64,000 nt of DNA from Tubulanus polymorphus. Lineage: Eukaryota > Animalia > Nemertea. The DNA is taken from contig NC_134026.1 of assembly GCF_964204645.1 (NCBI RefSeq), forward strand, positions 13,514,050-13,578,049. The letters are read 5' to 3'. Positions 63,939-64,000 of the stretch are shown here, piece by piece (the first letter of the stretch is position 1; the number at the start of each line of letters is the position of its first letter). The translations under genes and the position numbers were made by a program. Below the pieces are notes generated by a model, which was given only the letters and a program-made list of their open reading frames with translations, did no database searches and was not told where the DNA came from.

Positions 63939-64000
63939 TACAGGTTTATATACAACATAAGTTACAAAATTACAAGTGCTAAATTCAAAGCTATTTACAA
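63939..64000 (-). mobile_element. Fragment of the same Penelope pseudo-LTR (runs off the window)
   Basis: Near-exact reverse complement of TTGTAATTAGCTTAGAATTTAGCACTTGTAATTTTGTAACTTATGTTGTATATAAACCTGTA (33921-33982). Confidence 0.85.

Overview
Eukaryotic, repeat-saturated DNA (probably a marine invertebrate, judged from the TE repertoire) with no confidently identifiable host gene. It contains two copies of one DIRS tyrosine-recombinase retrotransposon family (335-3532 truncated; 49746-59342 with ITRs and ICR), several decayed BEL/Pao LTR elements, and a tandem Penelope-like array (28511-34137) carrying three minimal hammerhead ribozymes. It also has CR1-like and Gypsy RT remnants, many Helentron-associated (HINE-like) elements with 154-bp cores carrying CTCF-like motifs, and a four-level TE nest (HINE > DIRS > CAC..GTG element with 4-bp TSD > MITE). 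The standout is a 6.7-kb, very AT-rich, almost perfectly palindromic element (4386-11127) with AG..CT termini and a nested hairpin at its centre. Each arm carries two minisatellite arrays and four small, inward-facing, intronless, virus-like ORFs (zinc fingers, a TM peptide, repeated IxIQCD motifs, TAAATG starts). It encodes no transposase, integrase or polymerase and has no TSD. It looks like a Polinton/virus-derived snap-back or hairpin-dimer satellite element; that interpretation is inference and needs database searches.
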